From Candidatus Heimdallarchaeota archaeon (GTDB lineage: Archaea; Asgardarchaeota; Heimdallarchaeia; Heimdallarchaeales; Heimdallarchaeaceae): 64,000 nt of DNA. Below, piece after piece: positions 50,690 through 60,447 of the stretch (its first letter is position 1; each line of letters starts with the position of its first letter). Both the position numbers and the translations under genes were made by a program. Location: assembly GCA_030603365.1 (NCBI GenBank), contig JAUVXV010000009.1, forward strand, positions 64,001 to 128,000, read 5' to 3'. The notes beneath the pieces were generated by a model. It had not been told where the DNA came from and searched no databases. It worked only from the letters and a program-made list of their open reading frames with translations.

Positions 50690-51940
50690 TTGGGCAAGAA
50701 AAAGATACCAACTATTGTTTTTATTGCAATTCTTGTAGTTTCTATTGTTGCTCTTGATATTGTCAGACAAGCTCAATTTAGAGGAGATAAAGATGAGATA
50801 GTTCTGAGTGTTCTCTATACAAGTGAAAAGAAAGGTTGGATTAATTCTATTGCTCCTGAATTCCCAGAATGGTTTTCTGGAAGGAATCCTGGGATGAGTG
50901 TTCGGTTAGAATTCGAAGTATTAGGAACTCGTACATCTATGTTGTCTATTTTATCAGGAGAAAGTAAGCCTACAATATGGAGTCCTGCTGCTTCTGTTTG
51001 GGTACCACTTTTTGACTGGTCCTGGGAGAAGAAATTTGGAACACATATTATTGATTTCGCTCAAGTAAAACCATTGGTTGCTTCTCCTATTATCTTAGGA
51101 ACTTGGGAGAGTTACAGAGATGAAAATAATTTTACTAAATGGGCAGATTTATACGATTTAGCAAATTCTGATCTTAAACTTGCACACACTTCTGCACAAG
51201 AATCGAATTCAGGATACATGGCAGTTCTTCTTGAGATAACTGCAGCTAGTGGAAAGGAACCAGATAAAATAACTATGGCAGATTTGCAAAATACTACTAT
51301 CCATGAATGGATGGAAAAAGTAGAATCGACAGCAGTTCTTTATGGGTCTTCAACTGGTTTCCTCGCTAAGCAAGCAGTACAATTAGGTCCTTCTGGTTTG
51401 AATGTGGTGATACTTTACGAGAATCTAATTATAGAAACTGCAAAAGATGGAGAAGCCTTTGCAAAATGGGGAGATAACCTAGTAGCAGTCTATCCTGAGG
51501 AAGGGACTCTTTGGAGTGATCATCCATTTGTTATTCTTAATGCTTCTTGGGTTACTCCAGATGAACAATTTGCTGCAACAGAATTTGAAATATTCTTGTT
51601 AAGCAAAGAGATTCAAAAACAAGCAATTCCTTTTGGTTTCAGACCTGGTAATGAAACAATAGTTAATGATACTGATATTATAGCAGAAATGGAGCAAGTA
51701 TTCAAACCTGAAAATGGGGTTGCTCTTGATATTACTATACCAAAATTCAGTGTTCCTACTGATGGAGAAGTTTTAGATAGAATCCCTGATGTATGGTTGA
51801 AAACGAGAGCAACAACACTTGAAAAAGATGAGGATGCGGAATATTGGCAGCTAGGTTATGAGGCTCTATCTTTAATTCCTGTCGCATTTGGATCTCTAGT
51901 TCTATTAGTGATCTTTAGAAAGAAGAGGAGGGTAAAATAG
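50690..51940 (+). CDS. ABC transporter substrate-binding protein, anchored at both termini
   Basis: TSEKK, PTIWSPAAS, ASPII, SNSG, STG, YENL, YPEEGTLWSDHP, GFRP; N- and C-terminal TM. Confidence 0.8.
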   Translation: MGKKKIPTIVFIAILVVSIVALDIVRQAQFRGDKDEIVLSVLYTSEKKGWINSIAPEFPEWFSGRNPGMSVRLEFEVLGTRTSMLSILSGESKPTIWSPAASVWVPLFDWSWEKKFGTHIIDFAQVKPLVASPIILGTWESYRDENNFTKWADLYDLANSDLKLAHTSAQESNSGYMAVLLEITAASGKEPDKITMADLQNTTIHEWMEKVESTAVLYGSSTGFLAKQAVQLGPSGLNVVILYENLIIETAKDGEAFAKWGDNLVAVYPEEGTLWSDHPFVILNASWVTPDEQFAATEFEIFLLSKEIQKQAIPFGFRPGNETIVNDTDIIAEMEQVFKPENGVALDITIPKFSVPTDGEVLDRIPDVWLKTRATTLEKDEDAEYWQLGYEALSLIPVAFGSLVLLVIFRKKRRVK

Positions 51941-53670
51941 TGGATCTGGATGACCCAAAACTTGATGTAGAAGTCAAGCTGAGAAGAACCTTACTTGCTA
52001 CTGAAAAGTGGTTGTCTAAGAAAGGAGTTCTTTCTGCTGGTAAAGTTTTTACTGTTGGAATTTTCATCCTATTAGTACTAGGTCCAATTCTTTATCTTCT
52101 TTTACAAATTATCATCAGCTGGAAAGATATTAATGCAACAGTTTTCAATGATCCAATCCTAGGAAATGAAGCATTTCTTATGATGTTGAATTCAATTGGA
52201 CTTTCGCTCAAGATAGCAGCTATTGTAACTGTTTTCGATATAATAATAGGAGTACCTATTGCTTGGATTTTAGCGCGATATAATTTTAGAGGTAAAAATA
52301 TTCTAGATACTCTAGTAGATATGCCTATGGCAGTTCCAACAAGTGCTTTAGGATTTTCTATTTATTTGTTCTGGGGAACAAACAATGGAATTTCAAGAAT
52401 ATTCAATTCTGAAGTTGGTCTTGTTTCTCAGGGAACATTACTAATCATTTTGGCACATGTAGCTTTTACATTTCCTTATGTAACAAGATCAATTAGAGGG
52501 ATTATTGCAGATATGGATTTAAATTTAGAAAAAGCAGGGAGAACTCTGGGAGCGTCACCTTTTACAATTGCAAGAATGATTTCTTTACCCTTAGTTAAAG
52601 AAGGATTGTTAGCTGGAACAGTTTTAGCATTTACAAGATCTTTAGGTGAAACTGGAGCTACCCTAATAGTAAGTGGTGTATATCAGACAGCTCCAGTAGT
52701 TATTGTCAGCTGGATGAAAGGATTAAAGATTCCTACGACCGCATTTCTAGCATTTATTCTTATCATAATCAGTTTATCATTACTAACTTTTGTCAGATTA
52801 TTTGCAAGGAAAGTTGGTCTTCCATGGAGTAAGGTTTTTCCAAAATTTGAGAGAAAATTGAGTTCCAAACCAGTAACCAGAACACGTGATGGTCTTTCTC
52901 TCTTCTTGTTTTCTGCAGTTGTATTTATCCCAGCCCTATTTGTAATTGTATTCTTGTTCCAATGGTGGGGTGGTTCACCGTTCTCAGGAGATCCACAAGC
53001 AGGAATGATTTATCAGGTGTTTCAAGCTCCAGATCAGAAGATTACGGATATTACGAATGCCCTGATCACGTCTGTGGAAATCGCTCTAATTGTTACTGTG
53101 GTTAATGTTATTATAGCCACACCTATGGCATTCTTTATTTCGAAAATGAAAAATAAGAAACTCAAAGGGTTTCTTGATCTATTAATTGATATTCCTTTAA
53201 TTATTCCAAGTTCTGCACTTGGTTTTAGTATTTTCTTCTTGTGGGGATCAAATGGGATGCATATTCTATCACCAGGATTTATGATGATAATAGTTGCACA
53301 TGTTTCTTTCACGTATTCTTATTGTGTTAGACCTCTAATCGGTTCTTTTGATGCCATACCCACAATGTATGATGAAGCCGCTACAGCTTTTGGAGCGTCA
53401 AAGTTTACGGCTTTCAGAAAAGTGACGTTTCCTTTCCTCAAAAGTGGTTTAATTGCAGCTGCAATAATGACTTTTACCAGATCTATGAGTGAAACTGGTG
53501 CAACAATAATCTGTATGGGAGTAGAGCGAACAATACCTGTTTTATTAGTTGATTTTTTTGAAGCATCAACGTTTCCAGCAGCTGCATTTGCTGCAACAAT
53601 ACTGATTGTTATTTCATTCCTATTACTGTTATTATTGAGAGTATTTACAAGGGGGAAGAAAAATGAGTGA
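51940..53670 (+). CDS. ABC permease, two fused CysT/ModB-like domains
   Basis: Twice: D.P..(V/I)P.SALG, EAA loop (EKAGRTLGAS / EAATAFGAS), FTRS(L/M)(G/S)ETGAT. Confidence 0.92.
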   Translation: MDLDDPKLDVEVKLRRTLLATEKWLSKKGVLSAGKVFTVGIFILLVLGPILYLLLQIIISWKDINATVFNDPILGNEAFLMMLNSIGLSLKIAAIVTVFDIIIGVPIAWILARYNFRGKNILDTLVDMPMAVPTSALGFSIYLFWGTNNGISRIFNSEVGLVSQGTLLIILAHVAFTFPYVTRSIRGIIADMDLNLEKAGRTLGASPFTIARMISLPLVKEGLLAGTVLAFTRSLGETGATLIVSGVYQTAPVVIVSWMKGLKIPTTAFLAFILIIISLSLLTFVRLFARKVGLPWSKVFPKFERKLSSKPVTRTRDGLSLFLFSAVVFIPALFVIVFLFQWWGGSPFSGDPQAGMIYQVFQAPDQKITDITNALITSVEIALIVTVVNVIIATPMAFFISKMKNKKLKGFLDLLIDIPLIIPSSALGFSIFFLWGSNGMHILSPGFMMIIVAHVSFTYSYCVRPLIGSFDAIPTMYDEAATAFGASKFTAFRKVTFPFLKSGLIAAAIMTFTRSMSETGATIICMGVERTIPVLLVDFFEASTFPAAAFAATILIVISFLLLLLLRVFTRGKKNE

Positions 53671-54775
53671 TATTCGTTTCCAACATGTAACAAAGATTTT
53701 TGGTAGGAAAGTAGAAGCAGTGAAAGATCTTAGTTTTGTCATAAATGATGGAGAATATGTCTCTTTAATAGGTCCTTCTGGTTGTGGAAAAACAACCACT
53801 TTACGATTACTAGCTGGGACAATCCTGCCAACAAAGGGGCAGATATTTTTTGATGATAAACCTATGGGAAATGTTCGGATTCAAGATAGGAACATTGGCT
53901 TTGTTTTCCAGCATTTCGCAATTTTTCCTCATATGAATATTTGGGAAAATGTTGCTTATAGCCCAACAGTGAGAGGAAGAAGTAAACGAGAAATTGAATC
54001 TCTTGTAGAGGATGCTCTCAAGTCAGTTCAAATGAGTGAAAAAGCTGAACTATATCCACCTTCTTTATCTGCTCCTGATTGGCAAAAAACAGCTCTAGCA
54101 AGAGTATTAGCATCTGAAGCGCGAATTCTTCTTCTAGATGAACCTTTAGGAGCCCTTGACCAGAAAATAAGAGAAGAGTTTCAAATATTCCTTCGAAATT
54201 TAGTCAAACGTGAAAAACTTACTGCAATTCATGTGACTCATGATCAAGCTGAGGCATTGACTATCAGTGATAGGGTTGCAGTTATGAATAAAGGAGAACT
54301 GATTCAATTAGGGTCACCTTCAGATTTGATTTACAATCCTAGTCACATTTTCACATCCTTCTTTGTAGGTGAATCTGATTTCTTAGAAGGTGTTATGATA
54401 ACCGATGAAGAAAATGAGGTAGAAGTAAAAATTGGTCAATCAATAATTAAAACACATAATACTGGTATTCCAAAAGGTAGAAGAGTAGCTGTTGCTGTCA
54501 GAAGAGAATTTTTCTCACTGGAAAAGATGCCAGCTGATGGTAAGGAAATTCCTAACAATTATATTTCAGGTACTATTATTCGTGATCAGTTTCTTGGACT
54601 CTTGAGACGAGTTAGTGTGCTTCTAGAAAACCAACAGATTATAGAAGCAAAGATTCATGCAAAACACCCTGTTCATTTCAATGAAAATGATTTAGTTAAG
54701 GTGCGAATTGATCCAGCTGTAAGTAGATGTTTTGCTTATCCTAAAGAAGGAATTGCAAAGGCTTTGGAGATGTGA
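53663..54775 (+). CDS. ABC ATP-binding subunit 1 (MalK/PotA/CysA-type, TOBE), degenerate signature
   Basis: GPSGCGKTT, FQ, LSAPD, LLLDEP, VTHD. Confidence 0.93.
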   Translation: MSDIRFQHVTKIFGRKVEAVKDLSFVINDGEYVSLIGPSGCGKTTTLRLLAGTILPTKGQIFFDDKPMGNVRIQDRNIGFVFQHFAIFPHMNIWENVAYSPTVRGRSKREIESLVEDALKSVQMSEKAELYPPSLSAPDWQKTALARVLASEARILLLDEPLGALDQKIREEFQIFLRNLVKREKLTAIHVTHDQAEALTISDRVAVMNKGELIQLGSPSDLIYNPSHIFTSFFVGESDFLEGVMITDEENEVEVKIGQSIIKTHNTGIPKGRRVAVAVRREFFSLEKMPADGKEIPNNYISGTIIRDQFLGLLRRVSVLLENQQIIEAKIHAKHPVHFNENDLVKVRIDPAVSRCFAYPKEGIAKALEM

Positions 54776-54779
54776 TAAA

Positions 54780-55868
54780 ATGGTTAAAGTTGAATTGAAA
54801 GATGTAACAAAATTCTACGGAAAGATAAGAGGAGTTGAAAATATCAATCTTTCAATTAGCGATGGGGAATATCTTGCAGTATTAGGTGCAACAGGAGCTG
54901 GTAAAACTACTACCATGTATCTCCTTGCTGGGTTACTCTCACCATCTTCAGGAACCATTTATTTTGATCATGAAGATATTACTAAGAAACCCGCAGAAGA
55001 TAGAGATGTAGGTTTTGTGTTTGAAGAATACAATCTTTTCCCACGAATGTTAGTAGAAGATAATGTTCTATTTGGTCCTATTGTAAAAGATTTAGACATT
55101 ACTGACTCTAAACAAATTGCTCGAGAATTATTTGTTCTACTCAATATTGCAGGAAAAGAGAAGAATTTTCCAGATGAAATTAGTGGCGGTCAGAAGCAAA
55201 GAGTAGCTTTAGCAAGAGCGATAGTATCAAATGCCAAGCTTCTCGTTATGGATGATCCATTAAGAGCCTTAGACGCAAAAATTAGAGAAATTTTGCAAAT
55301 AGAACTCAGGAAACTTGTAAAAGATTTAGGCATAACTTGTATTCATGCAACTCACGATACTCAAGAAGCAATGAGGGTTGCAGATAGAATAGCTGTTTTT
55401 GAGGATGGAAAAATTGTTCAGATTGGTTCACCTGAAGAAGTTTACAATCATCCAAATTCATTTTATGTGGCAGATTTTCTCGGAGAAAGCACTTCAATGG
55501 AAGGAAGGATAAGCAAGAAGAAAAAGGAAAGTTTCTTCATCGCAAACAATGGTTTAGAATTTAAGGTAAAAACTGATTTGAAGGATGGAGAAGAGGCTAT
55601 TGCTTTGGTTCCAGCTGAATTGTTGGATATTTTTGATGTTGAGGAAAGAGAAACCCTCAATTATGACAATATCGTTGAGGGAAAAATACTCAATTCAAAA
55701 TGTGTGGGAGAATTCAATGAAATTGAAGTAATGGTTAATGGTATCATTTTCAAAGCTAAAGATTTGATTGGGAAGGAAGTTCCGGCGAGGAAAGGCAGCA
55801 AAATACTAGTTGCTACTGATAAAGATGATTACAGAATATTTCCAAAAGAAAAGGAGATAAAAAAATGA
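54780..55868 (+). CDS. ABC ATP-binding subunit 2, degenerate Q-loop and Walker B
   Basis: GATGAGKTT, FEE, ISGGQ, LVMDDP, ATHD; ATG 54780 preferred. Confidence 0.93.
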   Translation: MVKVELKDVTKFYGKIRGVENINLSISDGEYLAVLGATGAGKTTTMYLLAGLLSPSSGTIYFDHEDITKKPAEDRDVGFVFEEYNLFPRMLVEDNVLFGPIVKDLDITDSKQIARELFVLLNIAGKEKNFPDEISGGQKQRVALARAIVSNAKLLVMDDPLRALDAKIREILQIELRKLVKDLGITCIHATHDTQEAMRVADRIAVFEDGKIVQIGSPEEVYNHPNSFYVADFLGESTSMEGRISKKKKESFFIANNGLEFKVKTDLKDGEEAIALVPAELLDIFDVEERETLNYDNIVEGKILNSKCVGEFNEIEVMVNGIIFKAKDLIGKEVPARKGSKILVATDKDDYRIFPKEKEIKK

Positions 55869-55949
55869 AAAAGGAAGTAAAATCAGAGAAAGTTAATAAA
55901 CAATCTCACATAGTTAAGAATATAGATTCCTTAGTAGAGGGGATTTTAA

Positions 55950-56618
55950 ATGAGTAATAGAGAGCTTAAACAATGGTTAAGTCGTAGACGTGAATCAAGA
56001 ATATTGAAACGTATAAGAGACCATTTGATTTACGTGAATAGTTGTATTATTAAAGGTAAAGATTTCTATAAATTCTGGATTGAGAAAGATGAAGAAGCTT
56101 CTAAAAACATGTACGAAATTATCTTTCAAGAAGAAAAGACTGCAGATGGTGTTGAAGCCGATATAATCGACATGCTTTCTGAAGGTAGAACTCCAGAGTA
56201 TGTCAGAGCAGATCTTATGACTTTCATAAGAACAGCTGATAGAGCTGCAGGCAATGCAAAAAGAGGAGTTAAGAATCTTCTTTTACTCATCAACCACGAA
56301 TTTCCAAAAGGTATCACTGATTTAATTGGTAAAATTTTCGACCTACTTGCAGAGGAAATTGATGCTTTCATAAAAGTATTTGATACCATGTTTAAAGTTG
56401 AACATCCAGAATTACTAGAGAATATTGCTAAAGTAGATAGAATTGAATCTTCGATAGATACTATCTATGGTAATCTCAAGTTTGAAATAGCTTATAATAC
56501 TGAAAACGTCCCTGCAGGAGCACTCATTATCTTGGATCATGCTATTAAAGATCTTGAAGATGTATCTGATTTGGTTGAAGATTGTGCTGATATGATCAGA
56601 AGTATGGTTCTACTTTAG
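55950..56618 (+). CDS. DUF47 / PhoU-like phosphate transport regulator
   Basis: EKTAD, RADL...ADRAA, ESSID, LEDVSDLVEDCAD. Confidence 0.85.
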   Translation: MSNRELKQWLSRRRESRILKRIRDHLIYVNSCIIKGKDFYKFWIEKDEEASKNMYEIIFQEEKTADGVEADIIDMLSEGRTPEYVRADLMTFIRTADRAAGNAKRGVKNLLLLINHEFPKGITDLIGKIFDLLAEEIDAFIKVFDTMFKVEHPELLENIAKVDRIESSIDTIYGNLKFEIAYNTENVPAGALIILDHAIKDLEDVSDLVEDCADMIRSMVLL

Positions 56619-56679
56619 TCTCTATGAATAACTATGATTAGCTAAATGGTTAACTGAAACATTTTTATTCATCAAATCT

Positions 56680-58089
56680 TTGGCGAATAGTATGGGTCAA
56701 GAGGAAAGTAGCAGTAATCTAATTGAAAGAGTATTAGAAACAATTATTAACAAATCCCAAGAAGAAATTGAGGATTTTATTCTTCAAAATTGGTATCCTG
56801 AAACATTAGAGAAGAGAGGAGTCAAATCTATTACAGATTCTCTTCATCACCTCAAAAGAGAATTTGGGGATTTTAAAATTTATCAAACCTTCAATGAATC
56901 ACCAGGTAAAGAATCTGCATTCTTATTTAATCCGGAAACTGAAGATTGGCTTAAATTCTCTGTAATGATAACTGAAGATAAACCATCATTTGTTAAGGGA
57001 CTAGGATTGAGACCTACAGTACCACCAGATGATGATTCTACTGAAATAAAAGAAGAGAACCTAGCTACTGCAATAACTGATTCTATCAAGCGCTTATTAG
57101 AAAAGAATCTTTTTTCTGGTGTAGCTCTTGTTGCTAAGGATGATAAAACAGTATTTCAGCTGACCCGTGGATATTCAAACATTGATTCAGAAATAAAACC
57201 TAATCTTGAAACCAAATTCAACCTTGGTTCTATGAATAAGATGTTTACATCCTTAGCGATTGCCAAACTTATTGAAGAATGTCATTTTTCCTTTGATACA
57301 TTCGTAGCTAAGTTGTTGCCGGATATTCAAATAGATCAAGCAGGAAAAATCAAAGTGCACCATCTTCTCACACATTCTTCTGGTTTAGGTAATTTTTTCA
57401 CTCCTGAATACATGAAAAATAAGGATAAGTATGTAGAAGTTAAGGATCTTTTACCTTTAATAGAAACAGAAAAATTAGCTTTCTCACCAGGTTCTAAGTT
57501 TCAATATAGTAACTCTGGTTTTGAAGTCCTTGGAAACATAATAGAAAGTGTAAGCGAAATGTCCTATTATGATTTTGTAAGAGAAAAGATTTTTCTTCCA
57601 TTAGGTATGAAAGATACAGATAGTTACAGACTTGATGATGAAGTGGAGAACCTAGCTAATGGATATACTAAGCATTTAGCAATGAATCAACCCCCTTCAA
57701 AAGAATGGGTCTTGAATACACGAATGGCAAGAATCAAGGGAAGTGCAGCGGGAGGAGGATATTCTTCAGCTCAGGATTTGTTAAAATTTAGTCAAGCCTT
57801 ATTCTCTTATAAGATCATCAATAAAGATCTAACAAAAGAAGTTATCCGAGGAAAAATGCAATTGGAACCAGGGAGTGATGAAACTATGTATGGTTATGGT
57901 TTTGGAGTTCACAAATTTGGAAGTCTAACAAGATATGGTCATAATGGAGGTGCTCCTGGAATTAACAGTTTTTTTGGTGTATATCAACCAATTAACTACA
58001 CAGTTGTAGTACTTTCAAACTATGACCCTCCATCAGCTGAAAGAATAGGTAATAAGATTCATTCCCTTATAACAAAAATGAAGAAATGA
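56680..58089 (+). CDS. Serine hydrolase, AmpC/class C beta-lactamase-like
   Basis: FSG, GSMNK (SxxK), LLTHSSGL, YSN, LGMKDT, GHNGG. Confidence 0.93.
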   Translation: MANSMGQEESSSNLIERVLETIINKSQEEIEDFILQNWYPETLEKRGVKSITDSLHHLKREFGDFKIYQTFNESPGKESAFLFNPETEDWLKFSVMITEDKPSFVKGLGLRPTVPPDDDSTEIKEENLATAITDSIKRLLEKNLFSGVALVAKDDKTVFQLTRGYSNIDSEIKPNLETKFNLGSMNKMFTSLAIAKLIEECHFSFDTFVAKLLPDIQIDQAGKIKVHHLLTHSSGLGNFFTPEYMKNKDKYVEVKDLLPLIETEKLAFSPGSKFQYSNSGFEVLGNIIESVSEMSYYDFVREKIFLPLGMKDTDSYRLDDEVENLANGYTKHLAMNQPPSKEWVLNTRMARIKGSAAGGGYSSAQDLLKFSQALFSYKIINKDLTKEVIRGKMQLEPGSDETMYGYGFGVHKFGSLTRYGHNGGAPGINSFFGVYQPINYTVVVLSNYDPPSAERIGNKIHSLITKMKK

Positions 58090-58097
58090 AAAAGTAG

Positions 58098-58535
58098 TTA
58101 GTATTGGATGTAGCTACTCTTAATAGATTGAACAGGTCCTCCACATTCAGGACATTCTCTTTCTCCATAAATTACTTCATATCCACAGTACTCACAAAAT
58201 CTAGCTTTCTTAGCACCTGAAGGTTTGTAGCCTGGAGCATAAGGACCAATTTTAGATATTTTCATGCTTTTAAGAGAAGAGAATATGGTTTTTCTTTTGC
58301 GTGTAAACATAATTACTACTGTGGGCATAAAAATAAATGGAATAAATCCTGCTACACCATATAGCATATAAATTCCTATCCACATCCGATCTATATTTGT
58401 AGAAGGATCATCTCCAAAAACACTAGAGAAAATCAGCACTATTGCTGTAACAATTGTTCCTAAGAATAATAATCCCTCAATAATGAGAATATACTTAAAA
58501 GCACCTATCCCCTTTTTCTTTGTCTCAGTACTCAT
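58098..58535 (-). CDS. Two-TM membrane protein with C-terminal zinc ribbon (paralog 1)
   Basis: Two hydrophobic helices; CEYCGY...ECPECGGP. Confidence 0.8.
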   Translation of the reverse strand: MSTETKKKGIGAFKYILIIEGLLFLGTIVTAIVLIFSSVFGDDPSTNIDRMWIGIYMLYGVAGFIPFIFMPTVVIMFTRKRKTIFSSLKSMKISKIGPYAPGYKPSGAKKARFCEYCGYEVIYGERECPECGGPVQSIKSSYIQY

Positions 58536-58573
58536 CTTGTTATTTTTTGCAATTAGATTAATAAAGTTTGAGA

Positions 58574-58636
58574 TTAAAATAACCGAATTACTGCTATAAA
58601 CACCAGTACTGCTAAAAATTGCAGTACTTCTATAAT
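58574..58636 (-). pseudogene. Possible decayed fragment of a third paralog
   Basis: IIEVLQFLAVLVFIAVIRLF between two stops resembles IIEGLLFLGTIVTAIVLIF of 58098..58535. Confidence 0.3.
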
Positions 58637-58741
58637 TTATTGATTTACTCGACGATAACTTTTTTCCTCTTTTATTAAATTTACAGGCTTTCTGTTTGAA
58701 TATGAAGTTCTAATAGTTCCAACAACCAAAGAATGAGTTTT

Positions 58742-59176
58742 CTATTTTTCCTTTATTGGTCCTCCACATTCGGGACATTCACCAACTAGTGTTTCTGTGC
58801 CATATCCACAGTAAGAACAATAATAGACCTTCTTTTTTGAACCTGCATCTTCTGGGTAATTCTTAGTTGTATATGGTGAATCTGCAGCACTAATTGTAGA
58901 AGAATATCCTGAAGAAGCTTGTTTCCTGGATTTTGTAACAGAGATGACCATACCAATCATCATGAAAGCCATTGTAGACCCAACAACTCCAAAGAATATT
59001 GACCCTCCAATTGAAGCTAAATCAAACCCCTCGATTCCTGAAACGATAGCTGCGATGAAGAAACCTATCGCTGTCAAAAATCCTGCAATTTCTAAGGAGA
59101 CAATTACTAAAACTAGTTTGTTTAGAGGTTTCTTTTTCTTCTTCGAAGGTTCGTTTTTCGACATATCCTGATTCAT
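58742..59176 (-). CDS. Two-TM membrane protein with C-terminal zinc ribbon (paralog 2)
   Basis: Two hydrophobic helices; CSYCGY...ECPECGGP. Confidence 0.8.
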   Translation of the reverse strand: MNQDMSKNEPSKKKKKPLNKLVLVIVSLEIAGFLTAIGFFIAAIVSGIEGFDLASIGGSIFFGVVGSTMAFMMIGMVISVTKSRKQASSGYSSTISAADSPYTTKNYPEDAGSKKKVYYCSYCGYGTETLVGECPECGGPIKEK

Positions 59177-59230
59177 TACTAAAATATTAGTGAAACCAGT
59201 TTAAAAAATTTAGTGAATATAGCTAGTTAA

Positions 59231-59422
59231 TTATCTTGAATTCATGAATAATCCTGAAGCATACGGTACTTCTTCACCTGTGTCAAGATGACTGGGTTCA
59301 AAGATCTTTCTGGTTAGAATTTGTTTTCGTTTAGTAAGTTTATTTCCATAAAAATTCTGATTCCAAAGAACCCAGTCTGTAATGTTTGTAATTCTTAAAG
59401 AATAATCTAGCAATATTTTCAA
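59231..59422 (-). pseudogene. Fragment of an AmpC-like serine hydrolase
   Basis: DWVLWNQNFYGNKL...PSHLDTGEEVPYASGLF matches the segment preceding the H-x-G motif of this family; no SxxK or YxN. Confidence 0.5.
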
Positions 59423-59504
59423 TTATTGAGAAAGTATAATGGTTAAATTTTAAAGCATTGTCGTTCTACAATAATATAGAAACAAATTATTGGTTTGTGA
59501 TTAA

Positions 59505-60071
59505 ATGTCAGAAAAAAAAATTCTAATTTTTTATGGCACCAGGTATGGAGCAACAGAGGGAGTAGCAGGAAAGATGGCAGAATTAATAAGAGAAAAGGGA
59601 AGCCAAGCAGAAGTGTATAACCTAAAAGACCTACCAGATGATAGGATTCCTGATTTCTCCAACTATGATGGTATCCTTATCGGATCAAGCATAAGAATTG
59701 GTCAATGGACTAGAGATGTTAAGAAGTTTATTGGAAACAAAGCTGAGGAATTAAATAAATTCAAAGGCAAAAAAGGGTTCTATGTCTGTTCGGGGTATGC
59801 TTCAAATCCAGATACCTACGAAAAAGTGAAAGTAGAATATACTACAGATGCATGCGAGAAATTAGGTGTTAAGAAACTAGACTTATTCGATGCTTTTGGA
59901 GGATTAATGGACTTTACGGATACATCTCGAATGGGATGGTTGGAGAAGAAAATCTTGAAAAAGGCTGCAAAACAAACAACTGGTGAAAGCGCAGAGGATG
60001 ATAGTTATACTGATCTAAGAGATTGGGATCAGATTGAAAAATTCACTTTGGAATTTCTAGGAAAATTGTAA
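59505..60071 (+). CDS. Flavodoxin domain protein (HemG/Flavodoxin_5-like)
   Basis: YGTRYGATE, YDGILIGSSI, FGG, DLRDWDQI. Confidence 0.9.
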   Translation: MSEKKILIFYGTRYGATEGVAGKMAELIREKGSQAEVYNLKDLPDDRIPDFSNYDGILIGSSIRIGQWTRDVKKFIGNKAEELNKFKGKKGFYVCSGYASNPDTYEKVKVEYTTDACEKLGVKKLDLFDAFGGLMDFTDTSRMGWLEKKILKKAAKQTTGESAEDDSYTDLRDWDQIEKFTLEFLGKL

Positions 60072-60094
60072 ATGAAGAAAAATAGTTAGGAAGT

Positions 60095-60217
60095 TTAATA
60101 GAATACGAATTGACCATTGAAGTAGGTAATCTCTTTCTTTTCTACCTTTCTAACTTCAGGTTGATATACCCATTGTTCATCGTTTTCAATTTTTTTGTTT
60201 TTTGTTTTTTCAGCCAT
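60095..60217 (-). CDS. Small protein (40 aa); absent from ORF track
   Basis: MAEKTKNKKIENDEQWVYQPEVRKVEKKEITYFNGQFVFY with AGGTG RBS 6 nt upstream. Confidence 0.6.
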   Translation of the reverse strand: MAEKTKNKKIENDEQWVYQPEVRKVEKKEITYFNGQFVFY

Positions 60218-60242
60218 TTTTTGCACCTATGTTAACTATAAC

Positions 60243-60291
60243 TGGTCACATGATAAGAAGCTGGTGAGCTAAAGTGACCAAAAAGTGACCA
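60243..60291. promoter_or_regulatory. TGGTCAC/GTGACCA repeat cluster upstream of the 40-aa ORF
   Basis: TGGTCAC at 60243, AAAGTGACCA twice (60271, 60282; 11-bp period). Confidence 0.5.
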
Positions 60292-60447
60292 CAAGAAAAA
60301 ACTTGAAGGCGCTCTTTTCAGAGACTATCCCACAAGTTTACAAGGTTTTCTTCTGAATCAAGCAATAGAGAATTCATCAAAATCTGAACATGTTGAATTG
60401 TGTCCATTTTAAAAAACATACATTTTATGTTTTCCAATCTACTCTTG

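Noticed and set aside
56680-58089. Calling the serine hydrolase an antibiotic-resistance beta-lactamase
   Set aside because: Family includes esterases and D-peptidases; motifs do not specify substrate
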